Source: Candidatus Sulfomarinibacteraceae bacterium (GTDB taxonomy: Bacteria > Acidobacteriota > Thermoanaerobaculia > Thermoanaerobaculales > Sulfomarinibacteraceae). From it: a stretch of 64,000 nt of DNA. The stretch lies in NCBI GenBank assembly GCA_963796455.1, contig CAWCLO010000010.1, positions 608,001 through 672,000 of the forward strand, written 5' to 3'. Positions 10,211 through 19,334 of the stretch are shown here, piece by piece. The position numbers and the translations under genes are program-made. Numbering within the stretch: the first letter of the stretch is position 1; every line of letters starts with the position of its first letter. Under the pieces are notes generated by a model that was not told where the DNA came from, ran no database searches, and was given only the letters and a program-made list of their open reading frames with translations.

Positions 10211-10971
10211 AAGTCGTCTCCATCGGCGCAGTCCGCCGCAGCGCGGATGATAGCGGAAAATGATCTCACGTCAAGGCTCGCCCCGCCAATCAGCCCACCA
10301 TCCACGTCTGCGAGAGCCAATAATTCGTGTGCATTCGCGGGTTTGAGGCTGCCCCCGTAGAGGATTCGCAGGCCCTCGGCGGCATCGCCGCCAAACAATG
10401 CGGCCATTCGCAGGCGGAGGAACGCGTGCGCCTCCTGAGCCTGCGCCGCGCTGGCGGTGCGGCCGGTTCCGATCGCCCACACCGGCTCATAAGCTAAGAC
10501 GAGATGATTCGGATCGAGTGCGCCGAGGTCCGCCGTTTGCCGTTCCAATACCGCAAAGGTCGCACCCTCATCCCGTTCCTCGAGACTTTCGCCGATGCAG
10601 TAGATGACCTCGAGACCGGCCGTCTGCGCTGCGCGGGCGCGATCGAGGGCGCTTTGATCCGTTTCGCCGAAGAAGGTGCGCCGCTCCGAGTGGCCGACGA
10701 TGACCCAATCAACCCCGATTTCTCTCAGCATCGAGGGCGCCACCTCCGCGGTGAATGCGCCGGACGCTTCCCAGTGGGTGTTCTGGGCACCGAGTCCGAT
10801 GGCCGATCCGGTCAGAAGCATTGCCGCTGACGGCAGGGCGAGATAGGGAGGGCAGCAGACGGCGTCAACGCTCGCGGGGAGGTCTTCCGCCAGCAGGCCT
10901 TCGAGATAGGCCGAGGTCTCGGCCACAGTCTTGTGCATCTTCCAATTGCCGGCAATGAGCAGTCTTCGCAT
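10207..10971 (-). CDS. tpiA: Triosephosphate isomerase
   Basis: AGNWKM, GHSERR, AYEPVWAIGTG, GGLIGGASL. Confidence 0.97.
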   Translation of the reverse strand: MRRLLIAGNWKMHKTVAETSAYLEGLLAEDLPASVDAVCCPPYLALPSAAMLLTGSAIGLGAQNTHWEASGAFTAEVAPSMLREIGVDWVIVGHSERRTFFGETDQSALDRARAAQTAGLEVIYCIGESLEERDEGATFAVLERQTADLGALDPNHLVLAYEPVWAIGTGRTASAAQAQEAHAFLRLRMAALFGGDAAEGLRILYGGSLKPANAHELLALADVDGGLIGGASLDVRSFSAIIRAAADCADGDDL

Positions 10972-10973
10972 TC

Positions 10974-12158
10974 TCAACCCCCGTTTTCCAAGGCAGCAAG
11001 CGCCGGCATCGTCTCGCCGGTGATGAATTTCAAGGATGCGCCGCCACCGGTCGAAACGTGATCGATATCGGCGATCACCCCTGCGCGCCGGATGGCCATC
11101 ACCGATTCACCGCCGCCGACCACCGAAAAGGCATCACTGGCCGCGAGGGCTTCAGCCACCGCCAGCGTACCGGCGGAGAAGGCATCGATTTCGAAGACAC
11201 CCATCGGGCCGTTCCAGAAAACCGTCTTTGCCGAAGCCAGGGTCGCGGTGTATCGACTGCACGTCTTCGGCCCGATATCGACCACCATCAGATCGTCCGG
11301 CACCTCATCCGGTCTGACCACTTCGATGCGCTGTGGATCGTCGATGGAATCGGTCACCACGACATCCTCGGGGAGCTCGATCGTGACGCTGCGCTCCTCT
11401 GCCGATCGAAGCACCAATTGGGCCGTCTCGACCATCTCGTCCTCGACCAGCGAACGACCCGTTGCGAAGCCTTTGGCCCGGAAAAAGGTGTTGGCCATTC
11501 CGCCGCCGATGAGCAACGTCTGCACGCGACGGATCAGCGCCTCGAGAGGCTCGGTCTTGGTCGATACCTTGGCTCCACCAACCACCGCAACAAAGGGTTG
11601 TTCGGGTCGATCCACGACCCGGCCGAGCGCCGCGACCTCGCGCTCCATCAAATACCCCGCCGCCTTATGACCTCGAGCAAACAGGGCCGGCACGGCAACC
11701 ACCGAGGCGTGCGCCCGGTGTGCGGTGCCGAATGCATCGTTGACGTAGTGGGTGAAGCCATGCGCCAGGCGGGCCGCAAAATCGGAGTCGTTGGCTTTCT
11801 CGCCGGCGTAAAAGCGGAGGTTTTCGAGCAGCAGCAGCGACCCTTTCGGAGCATCGACGTTGCTCGAATCGAGACAATTCTTCACGAACTTTACTTCGTG
11901 ATCGAGAGCTGCCGCCAGTACCGGGGCGACTGGTTCAAGCGAGTATTTCGGGTCCGGCTCGCCCTTGGCCTTGCCGAGGTGGGAGCACGCCGCGACGACT
12001 CCACCGCGATCGAGCAACCACCGCAGGGTCGGAAGGGCAGCCACGATTCGGGTGTCATCCGCCACCCGGCCGTCCTTGATCGGCACATTGAGGTCGAGGC
12101 GGGCGAGAAACCTGGCACCGGCCACTGCCTCGAGATCGTCGAGAACGGGCAGGCTCAC
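10974..12158 (-). CDS. pgk: Phosphoglycerate kinase
   Basis: RLDLNVP, LLENLRF, NDAFGTAHRAHAS, HVSTGGGASL. Confidence 0.97.
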   Translation of the reverse strand: MSLPVLDDLEAVAGARFLARLDLNVPIKDGRVADDTRIVAALPTLRWLLDRGGVVAACSHLGKAKGEPDPKYSLEPVAPVLAAALDHEVKFVKNCLDSSNVDAPKGSLLLLENLRFYAGEKANDSDFAARLAHGFTHYVNDAFGTAHRAHASVVAVPALFARGHKAAGYLMEREVAALGRVVDRPEQPFVAVVGGAKVSTKTEPLEALIRRVQTLLIGGGMANTFFRAKGFATGRSLVEDEMVETAQLVLRSAEERSVTIELPEDVVVTDSIDDPQRIEVVRPDEVPDDLMVVDIGPKTCSRYTATLASAKTVFWNGPMGVFEIDAFSAGTLAVAEALAASDAFSVVGGGESVMAIRRAGVIADIDHVSTGGGASLKFITGETMPALAALENGG

Positions 12159-13159
12159 GCCTGGGCCACCATGTACTCGACCAGGTCGACGCACCGGAGC
12201 GAATAGGCGTTTTCGTTGTCGTACCAGGCGACGACCCGGAAGAAGTTGTCCGCCACCTGGGCGATCAGGGGTAGATCGACCACGGATGAACAGCTCTCGC
12301 CGATGATGTCGGTGGAGACGATGGGAACATCGGTTGCCCGGAGGATACCCTTGAGGGGGCCTTCGCCTGCGGCCACAAATGCCTTCTGGAGCTCTTCCAC
12401 GGTCGACGGCCTGCTGGAAACAAAGGTCAGATCACAGACCGAACCGTCGGGTACCGGCACCCGCATGGCGGCGCCGTGCAGCTTGCCTGCGAGGGCGGGG
12501 TAGACCAGGGCGATGGCCTTGGCGGCTCCCGTCGATGCCGGGATGATGTTGATGGCCGCAGCACGTCCGCGGCGCAGATCTGTGTGCTGGACATCGAGGA
12601 CCCGCTGGTTGTTGGTATAGGCATGGGTGGTGGTGAGCCAGCCGTGTTCGATTCCCACCGTCTCGTGGAGGACCTTGGCCACCGGGGCCAGACAGTTGGT
12701 GGTGCACGACGCATTGGAAACGATCTGATGATTGGCGGGGTCATACAGATCGTTGTTGACGCCCATGACAAAGGTCGCGTCAATGTCCTGACCCGGGGCG
12801 GTGATGACCACTTTGCTGGCACCGGCTTCGAGGTGGGCCGATGCCTTCTCCCGGCTGCGGAAGAGGCCGGTGGCCTCATAGACGTAGTCGACACCGAGTT
12901 CTTTCCACGGCAGTTGTGCGGGGTCGCGTTCGGCAAAGACCCGCATGCGATCGCCGTCAATAACGAGATCCGAACCGTCGACTTCCACAGTGCCCTTGTA
13001 GCGACCGTGAACCGAATCATGACCGAAGAGATACCCGAGGGTATCGGGGGAGGTCAGGTCGTTGATAGCCACCAGATCGAAGCCATCGCGGGCCTTGAGG
13101 TGACGGGCAAGGAGCCGTCCGATTCTGCCGAAACCATTGATCGCGACCTTGATGCTCAT
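12155..13159 (-). CDS. gap: Glyceraldehyde-3-phosphate dehydrogenase type I
   Basis: AINGFGRIGR, SNASCTTNCLAP, WYDNE. Confidence 0.97.
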   Translation of the reverse strand: MSIKVAINGFGRIGRLLARHLKARDGFDLVAINDLTSPDTLGYLFGHDSVHGRYKGTVEVDGSDLVIDGDRMRVFAERDPAQLPWKELGVDYVYEATGLFRSREKASAHLEAGASKVVITAPGQDIDATFVMGVNNDLYDPANHQIVSNASCTTNCLAPVAKVLHETVGIEHGWLTTTHAYTNNQRVLDVQHTDLRRGRAAAINIIPASTGAAKAIALVYPALAGKLHGAAMRVPVPDGSVCDLTFVSSRPSTVEELQKAFVAAGEGPLKGILRATDVPIVSTDIIGESCSSVVDLPLIAQVADNFFRVVAWYDNENAYSLRCVDLVEYMVAQA

Positions 13160-13278
13160 GGGGACCTCCACGGGTATTGGATTGGCGCGGAAGTATAGCA
13201 GGTTTGCTGTCGCCCGATCGAAATCTTGAAGGAGCGAAAGGGGTGTGTGTGGGTAGGCTCGAACCCCCCGGCGATATC

Positions 13279-13307
13279 TTGCGCCACAGAAGCTCTTGTG
13301 GTAAATT
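13279..13307 (+). promoter_or_regulatory. sigma70-type promoter of tRNA-Glu
   Basis: TTGCGC-17 nt-TAAATT with extended TG. Confidence 0.55.
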
Positions 13308-13319
13308 TTGCGTTCGCGT

Positions 13320-13395
13320 GGCCCGTTCGTCTAGGGGTTCAGGACGCCGGCCTCTCACGCCGGTAACACGGGTTCGAATCCCGTACGGGCTACCA
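13320..13395 (+). tRNA. tRNA-Glu (anticodon CTC)
   Basis: GGCCCGTTCGTCTAGGGG..CCGGC-CTCTCAC-GCCGG..GGTTCGAATCC..CCA. Confidence 0.97.
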
Positions 13396-13477
13396 CGTCT
13401 TGCTCCGCAAGACCGTTGGTCCGGTCTCCGCCACGGAACAACCCCCCCACCTTCAGAGTTGTTTCCTGCATCTTGGA

Positions 13478-13918
13478 CCTCTCGTGTCTGAAGTGCGAGT
13501 TTCGGACAGCGATCAGGGACAGCGTCAGCGGCGGCGTTCAGTCATCAGCGACAGACATCAGCGATCAGCGGCAGGGGCAGTGACAGCGAACAGCACTCAC
13601 TTCTTCGGGTTCAGCAGCCGCCAGGTCATGGCACGGACCTGATCGAAGGCGTTCATCGGCTACCCCTTCTGTTGAACGACCCGGAAGTGGCCTCGCCGTC
13701 ACTGCACCTGATCGCTGGCCCTGAACACTGATTGCTGCCCCCTGCCCCTGTTCGCTGTTGCCTGTCGCTGACGCTGGACACTGTCCCTGCCGCTGCAATT
13801 CGGGATCGGGAACGGGTACGTGCCAACCGCGAACCGGATATGCCAAAAACCAACCCGTAAACCTCGGGTTGTCAGGTGAGCGACGCCACGTGACGAGCTG
13901 TTTTGGACGGCAGCGATC
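13478..13918 (-). mobile_element. Internally deleted copy of the four-helix-bundle cassette at 34118-34977
   Basis: Reverse complement aligns to both flanks of the 34 kb cassette, including a 38-bp identical block; only the last 19 codons of the gene remain. Mobility is inferred. Confidence 0.75.
13597..13656 (-). pseudogene. C-terminal remnant of a four-helix-bundle gene (MNAFDQVRAMTWRLLNPKK*)
   Basis: Matches the C-terminus MNAFDQVRAMTWRLLNPKI* of the 34503-34856 product. Confidence 0.85.
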
Positions 13919-14084
13919 CTCATCTTCGTCGCCAAAACCTCGACGGCATCTCGAGCGGCTGCTTTTTACGCGAAACAAGGGTCGGATTTTCGAGGCTTGG
14001 TTTTCTCTTCGCCGGTGTCGGGTAGAATGTGTTCACAGAACGCGAATGAACCCATAACCCCGAATCGATGAAGGGAGAACGAAT

Positions 14085-14516
14085 ATGGAAGAGACACCGC
14101 AAGGCCCGAACGACGGCGCACCGCCACCACCACCACCTGCAGAGGCGCCACCACCGGTTCAGGAGAGTGCTCCGGCTGAAGTCGTTTCCGACAACCGCGG
14201 GATCATGATCGTGCTCTCATATCTCGGTCTGCTCGCGTTGATTCCCCTGCTCGTCGAAAAAGATGACAAAGAGGTTCAGTGGCACGCAAAGCACGGTTTG
14301 GTGCTCATGGTCTTCGAGTTTCTCGTCGTGATCGGACTGATGATCATCGGTGCGGTTCTCGGAGCCATCAGTGGAGGATTGGGTTGTGTGTTCGGCCTGC
14401 TGTGGCCTGTCTTCATGTTGGCCGCTTTGATCGTTCACGTCTTGTGCATCGTCAAGGGGCTGAACGGCGAAAGATTCTTGATCCCCGGGATCAGCGAATT
14501 TGCCGATCGATTCTGA
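14085..14516 (+). CDS. Small membrane protein, DUF4870-like
   Basis: Pro-rich N-terminus; LSYLGLLALIPLL..EVQWHAKHGL; three TM segments. Confidence 0.75.
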   Translation: MEETPQGPNDGAPPPPPPAEAPPPVQESAPAEVVSDNRGIMIVLSYLGLLALIPLLVEKDDKEVQWHAKHGLVLMVFEFLVVIGLMIIGAVLGAISGGLGCVFGLLWPVFMLAALIVHVLCIVKGLNGERFLIPGISEFADRF

Positions 14517-14629
14517 AGCCGTAGCTTCTTTCTGACTGGTTCGAGAACCATCGCATCCTCGTGATTGCTCGGAGTCGAGCTGATGTTTTTTCGGTTGGTG
14601 TGTGCGATGGTCGAAAGGAGAGAGAGGCT

Positions 14630-15088
14630 GTGCGTCTCTCCCAGAAACTCGATGATGAAATGGTCCTGATCGCGCCGGCTGTCGAGACCCGCGACGAACT
14701 TTTCGGAGTCTTTGGCCGCCTGGTTCATGATGCCGGTTGGGTCGATTCGCCGGTCGTTGTCGTCGACGGGCTCCTCGAACGTGAAGCGATCCTCTCAACC
14801 GGAATCGGTGGCGGCGTTGCGGTTCCCCACGCCCAGATACCCGGGCTCGGCCGCTTGCTGATGGCCGTTTCGACCCACCCCGAGGGTCTTGACTATCCCG
14901 CCCTCGACGAGCAGCCGGTCCGAATCGTGTTCTGTTTGATCGGAGATGCCGACACCACCGCTGATCACCTTGCGGGTCTGGCGCGGCTGGCCCGGCTGGC
15001 GCGTCGGCCGAAGGATCTCGAAGCCTTGATTCAGGCCGCCGACGGCGCTGACTTTCGGCGCATCCTCGGACTGTTGGAGGGAGGCTGA
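14630..15088 (+). CDS. PTS EIIA-domain protein (Fru/Ntr type)
   Basis: LEREAILSTGIGGGVAVPHA with phospho-acceptor His; HLAGLARLAR. Confidence 0.88.
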   Translation: MRLSQKLDDEMVLIAPAVETRDELFGVFGRLVHDAGWVDSPVVVVDGLLEREAILSTGIGGGVAVPHAQIPGLGRLLMAVSTHPEGLDYPALDEQPVRIVFCLIGDADTTADHLAGLARLARLARRPKDLEALIQAADGADFRRILGLLEGG

Positions 15089-15424
15089 GTGCAACTCCTC
15101 CTGGTCATCGTCCACCGCGAGGATGTGCTCGATGACGTGCTGTCGGCCTTGGTCGAGGTCGAGGCGCCCGACGCGATCGTGATCGAGAGTCGAAGCGGCC
15201 TCGAGCTCTTGGAGCGCGATCTGCCGATTTTTGCCGGTCTCAGATCCCTGGTTCCGAGCGGGATTGATTTCTCGGCCCTCGTTTTATGCGCGATCGAAGA
15301 TGACGATCACGCCCACGAGGCCCTGGCTGCGATCGGCAATCTCGATTTCGGCGAGTTTCGGGCGGCAGCCGGGCTGCGCAACACCGCGCTGCTCGTGCCG
15401 GTGTCGAATCTCCGGTTCTTCTGA
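15089..15424 (+). CDS. Small PII/GlnB-like protein
   Basis: 111 aa; MQLLLVIVHREDVLDDVLSAL..AIVIESRS pattern resembles the PII superfamily. Confidence 0.55.
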   Translation: MQLLLVIVHREDVLDDVLSALVEVEAPDAIVIESRSGLELLERDLPIFAGLRSLVPSGIDFSALVLCAIEDDDHAHEALAAIGNLDFGEFRAAAGLRNTALLVPVSNLRFF

Positions 15425-15490
15425 CAAAGGCCTCGCGAAAAATCCGGAACGCGTCGAAGCCGTAGATTCCAAAGGAAGGGTCACAGCATC

Positions 15491-16672
15491 GTGCTTCGTG
15501 GGACATTTGCTTTTCTGGCGCTTGTCGCCTTTGCCGTGGTGGCCGCGGAAATCCGTGCGGCCCTGGCGCGGCGGGGGTGGCGGGCACCCGCGATGGAAGG
15601 CGTGTCCTTCCTCGCGGTCGGAGTCGCTCTCGGTGGACACGGATTGGGTCTCTTTCCCGAGGATCTGCTGGCCAATCTTCGGGTAGTCGTTCTTTTCGGT
15701 CTGGCGTGGATCGGGTTGGTTTTTGGGGTCCAGGCGGACTTCCGGGTGATTCGGCGCCTCGGCCCACGTCCGCGATGGATCGGGATGTTGACTCCGCTGT
15801 TGATCGGCCTGCCGGTGGCGCTCGGGGCGGCTTTGTGGGGTCTTTCGGCCGAGATCTCGCTGGCTCTTGCGGCAATGGCCATGGCGAGTTCTCCCAAGCA
15901 ACTCGAATCTTTGGTTCGAGGCCGTGCCGTCGAGGACCGCGGCGGTATTCGTTTGCTCAAGCTGGAGATGGCCTTTGCGGGAATCCCTGCGGTGGCGCTC
16001 TTTGCCGTTGCGGCGGCCCTGGCGAGCCCATTGACGAACGCGAGCGCTCACAGGGTGGCGGCCACGGATTTGATCCTCGTTTTTCTCGGGGTCGGCATCC
16101 TTGTGGGCTACGCGTTGGTCGTGCTGGTGCGCGGTGTTCACGAGAGCGTGCAGCTTCTGACCCTCGCTCTTGGCGGGATGTGTGTGGTCGCCGGTGCGAC
16201 CGCGGTTCTCGGAGTCAGCGCACTTCCAGCTGCGGCCTGTGCCGGGGCGGTGGTCGTCAATCGAACGGTCTTTCCCCATCGCTTCCTGCGGGTCGCTCAT
16301 TCCCTGGAACGACCGGTGCTGGTCGCTCTTCTGGTGTTGGTCGGGGCGTCGTGGTTCGGCGGTAGCATTTCGATCAGCGTCTTTGTGCTTCTGACCGTCG
16401 TACGAATGGCGGCAGCCTGGGGCGCCGGCTGGTTTCTGGCGCTGGCGTCTCCATCGTCCGCCGCTGGAACCGGACCCTCCAATTACGGCATCGGTTTGAT
16501 CTCTCAGGGCGAGTTGGCCCTGGGTTTGCTGGTGGCGGTCGTCAGCTTTTTTCCGGTGGTTGACGGCATTCTCGAGGCGGTGGTGGCTGCCTTGATCGTC
16601 AACAACGTGGTGTGCGGGTTATGGCTTCGTCGCCGCCTGCTGAGCGCGACCGATCGGACGAAAGTCTCATGA
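15491..16672 (+). CDS. Cation:proton antiporter-like membrane protein (degenerate)
   Basis: About 12 hydrophobic segments; GIGLISQGELALGL C-terminal CPA-like motif. Confidence 0.7.
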   Translation: MLRGTFAFLALVAFAVVAAEIRAALARRGWRAPAMEGVSFLAVGVALGGHGLGLFPEDLLANLRVVVLFGLAWIGLVFGVQADFRVIRRLGPRPRWIGMLTPLLIGLPVALGAALWGLSAEISLALAAMAMASSPKQLESLVRGRAVEDRGGIRLLKLEMAFAGIPAVALFAVAAALASPLTNASAHRVAATDLILVFLGVGILVGYALVVLVRGVHESVQLLTLALGGMCVVAGATAVLGVSALPAAACAGAVVVNRTVFPHRFLRVAHSLERPVLVALLVLVGASWFGGSISISVFVLLTVVRMAAAWGAGWFLALASPSSAAGTGPSNYGIGLISQGELALGLLVAVVSFFPVVDGILEAVVAALIVNNVVCGLWLRRRLLSATDRTKVS

Positions 16673-17952
16673 GGTGGTTCCTGTTCCTGTCTCTGGCCGC
16701 ATTCAGTTGGGCCGCCCGCCGACTGGGGATGGAGACCATCGACGACGCGGCCGGTTCGGCCCTCGTTGTCCTCGGGTGCCTGGTCATTGGCGGGGTGCTG
16801 GCGGGTGAGCTCGCACACCGTTTTCGTTTTCCCAGGATCACTGGATATCTCGTCCTCGGCATGATTGCCGGACCACATGCGGTGGGGCTCGAAACCGTGA
16901 GAGATGCCGAGATGTTGCGGCTTTTCGAGGAATTGGCGCTCGGCCTCATTGCGTTGACGGCTGGCGGTGAATTTCGAATCGCCGTGATGCGTCGACGGTT
17001 CAAGCCGTTGGTGGTCATCACCCTCGCGCACACGATCGGGATCGCGATCTTAGTGTCCGGCGCCTTGTGGGCGCTCTCTCTGGTGTTGCCGTTTCTGGGT
17101 CCGGTCGGCTCGGCCGAAACCATCGCCGCGGTGGTCTTGTGTGGAGTGATCGCGGTCGCCGTTTCGCCGTCAACCACCATCGCGGTGATTGCCGATCTTC
17201 GGGCCCGTGGAGAGATGGTCGAAACCGTCCTCGGTGTGACGATCCTCAAAGATCTGGTGATCTTGTTGCTCTTTACGACCGTCAGTGCAGTCGCGATTGC
17301 CGGAGTGAAGGGTGACGGCCTCGACCTCGCGGCTCTGTCGCACGTCGCGGTCGAGATCCTTGGTTCGCTTTTGGTCGGCACCATTTTGGGCACGGTGCTC
17401 GGTGTGTACATTTCGAAGGTCGGTCGTCTCGTGCCTCTCACGGTGCTCCTCCTCGCGCTGGCTTCGGCTGAACTCGGGCGAGGGTCCTGGATGGAACACC
17501 TCCTGGTTTGCATGGCGGCGGGTTTCGCCGCACGAAACCTCTTTCCCGCTGCCGCGGGTCGGTTTCTCGACGCCCTCGAACAGTCCTCGACCCCGATCTT
17601 CGTCATTTTCTTTGCCCTGGTCGGGGCCGGCCTCGACCTCCGTGTCTTCGCCGGCGTCTGGATCCCGGCCTCGATCTATGTCCTGGTGCGATTGGCCGCG
17701 GTGTGGCTCACGACCCGGTGGCCTGCAATCGTTGCGGGATCCGGGAGCGCCGTCATCGAATACGGTTGGACTGGATTTGTGGCCCAGGCGGGTCTGTCGC
17801 TCGGTTTGGCGGCGCGCCTGCAACGAGAGTTGCCCGGGGCCGGTGAAGCGATCGCCGCGGTCGTGGTCGCGGCGGTCGTGGTCAACCAACTGGCGGGTCC
17901 GATCCTGTGGGAGCGTGCGATCCTCGCGACCGGCGAATATGAAGCAAATTAA
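16669..17952 (+). CDS. Cation:proton antiporter (Na+/H+ exchanger family)
   Basis: PRITGYLVLGMIAGP, AVSPSTTIAV, TILKD, FFALVGAGLD, QAGLSLGLA; overlaps the upstream stop. Confidence 0.85.
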   Translation: MRWFLFLSLAAFSWAARRLGMETIDDAAGSALVVLGCLVIGGVLAGELAHRFRFPRITGYLVLGMIAGPHAVGLETVRDAEMLRLFEELALGLIALTAGGEFRIAVMRRRFKPLVVITLAHTIGIAILVSGALWALSLVLPFLGPVGSAETIAAVVLCGVIAVAVSPSTTIAVIADLRARGEMVETVLGVTILKDLVILLLFTTVSAVAIAGVKGDGLDLAALSHVAVEILGSLLVGTILGTVLGVYISKVGRLVPLTVLLLALASAELGRGSWMEHLLVCMAAGFAARNLFPAAAGRFLDALEQSSTPIFVIFFALVGAGLDLRVFAGVWIPASIYVLVRLAAVWLTTRWPAIVAGSGSAVIEYGWTGFVAQAGLSLGLAARLQRELPGAGEAIAAVVVAAVVVNQLAGPILWERAILATGEYEAN

Positions 17953-17980
17953 AAAACGGGCCGCCCATCGGGCGGCCCGC
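17951..17980 (-). terminator. Intrinsic terminator for the 18001-19149 gene
   Basis: AAAAAA-CGGGCCGCCC-ATC-GGGCGGCCCG. Confidence 0.75.
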
Positions 17981-18000
17981 AGAGATCGATTCAGAATACG

Positions 18001-19149
18001 TCAGTTGCTCTTGCCGCCGTCCAAGGTCTGGGTCGGGAAGGCACCGTTGCAGCCAGCGTCTTGACCGGAAAAATTCGAACCGACTGCATCGAGTGTGCCA
18101 GAAAACCCGGTGTTGTCTTCGATGGTGAAGGTGACGGTCCAGGTCATATCGCCTCCATCAGGATACGAATCGGTGAACTCGACCCCGGTTTCGAAGTCCT
18201 CGACCGATGTTGGGCTGAGGGCGATGCCCCATTGGAAGATCAGAGTGCACTCCGAGTTGCCCTGGTTGTCGACCTTGTCAAAATTCGAATAGGTGCCGTT
18301 GATGGCCTCGACCACGCCGCCGTCGACAACGAGATTGCCACCGGATGCAAAGGCGAGGCTGTCGTATGCCGAGAACTGGTAAACGCCATCTGCTGAGACC
18401 GCGCCGCCGCCGAATGCAGGCTCGAGGGTGGTCGGGTCTTCGCTCAGGCGGTCGATCTTCGAGCCCAGGACGACCATGGATCCCGAGGCGACGCGAAGTT
18501 GCAGGGTGCCACTCACACCATCCGCCTGATCCCAGAGATCGGTTGCCGTCTGCCACCACGGCTCATAGGCACCGAGGGTCACACTCGCGGTGTCGAGGAG
18601 CGTCCCATTGAGGGCCAGCAGGTCGAGATCGGCCACCGCGCCGCCGGAACCGGCGAGGGCAAAGAAATTGGTGTAGAAGTCGTCGCTATCCACCACGCCC
18701 ATGACATTGGCGGTCTCACCGGCAGCAGTTGCGGAGGGTGCCGGAATCCCCTCGAAGCCCGAGGCAAAGGTGCCTCCCGCGCTGCCGGTGCCCGCGGTCG
18801 CAGTCAAGGTTGCGGTGACAACACCACCCGTGACGGTAATGCGAAAAGCGCCCAGGCCATGGGTCATGTCGAATTCATTGAGGATCACGTCTTCGAGGAC
18901 CAGCGTGCTGTCCGGAGGGACGCTGTAACTCTCTGAAACGGGGTTGGGATTTGCCTGATCACGGACCAACCACGAGACCTGAACCAGAACCGTAGTTGCC
19001 CCGGGATTGTTGATATACAAATCCGAGACCCAGGTGCTCGTTCGGGCCGCTCCGGCGATCCAGAGATCGTCGCCGGGCGTGATGGCAAAAGTCGAAGAAC
19101 TGACTACCACCAGGCCGATACACATCAGTACGAGGTTTCGACGACTCAT
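18001..19149 (-). CDS. Secreted beta-rich hypothetical protein
   Basis: AGGAGG RBS; signal peptide; WVSDLYINNP N-terminal domain; acidic composition. Confidence 0.8.
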   Translation of the reverse strand: MSRRNLVLMCIGLVVVSSSTFAITPGDDLWIAGAARTSTWVSDLYINNPGATTVLVQVSWLVRDQANPNPVSESYSVPPDSTLVLEDVILNEFDMTHGLGAFRITVTGGVVTATLTATAGTGSAGGTFASGFEGIPAPSATAAGETANVMGVVDSDDFYTNFFALAGSGGAVADLDLLALNGTLLDTASVTLGAYEPWWQTATDLWDQADGVSGTLQLRVASGSMVVLGSKIDRLSEDPTTLEPAFGGGAVSADGVYQFSAYDSLAFASGGNLVVDGGVVEAINGTYSNFDKVDNQGNSECTLIFQWGIALSPTSVEDFETGVEFTDSYPDGGDMTWTVTFTIEDNTGFSGTLDAVGSNFSGQDAGCNGAFPTQTLDGGKSN

Positions 19150-19334
19150 CACGATCCTCCTAGATCTTTTGCGAATCACTGCAACTTAGCACAACCGATC
19201 GAGCAGCGTTGCCCTGGCTCGGCGTCGGACTTCTCTCAAGAGGAGATACGGTTGACAAGGGCTTTCGGTTACTTCCCCGGCAGATGTTGGCCCGGGTGAA
19301 GATATGGACGATCTGAATGGGATAAGATACGCCG

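Noticed and set aside
13320..13918. Integrative element at tRNA-Glu
   Set aside because: No integrase, and I saw no duplicated tRNA 3' end in the window.
13565..13978. ORFs 13565-13978 and 34045-34485 as proteins
   Set aside because: They read through the cassette's low-complexity arms, and the frames are not conserved as a protein between the two copies.
19150..19334. SRP RNA (ffs), often found upstream of dnaX
   Set aside because: No SRP domain IV motif (CAGG..GGAAGGAAGCAG) visible.
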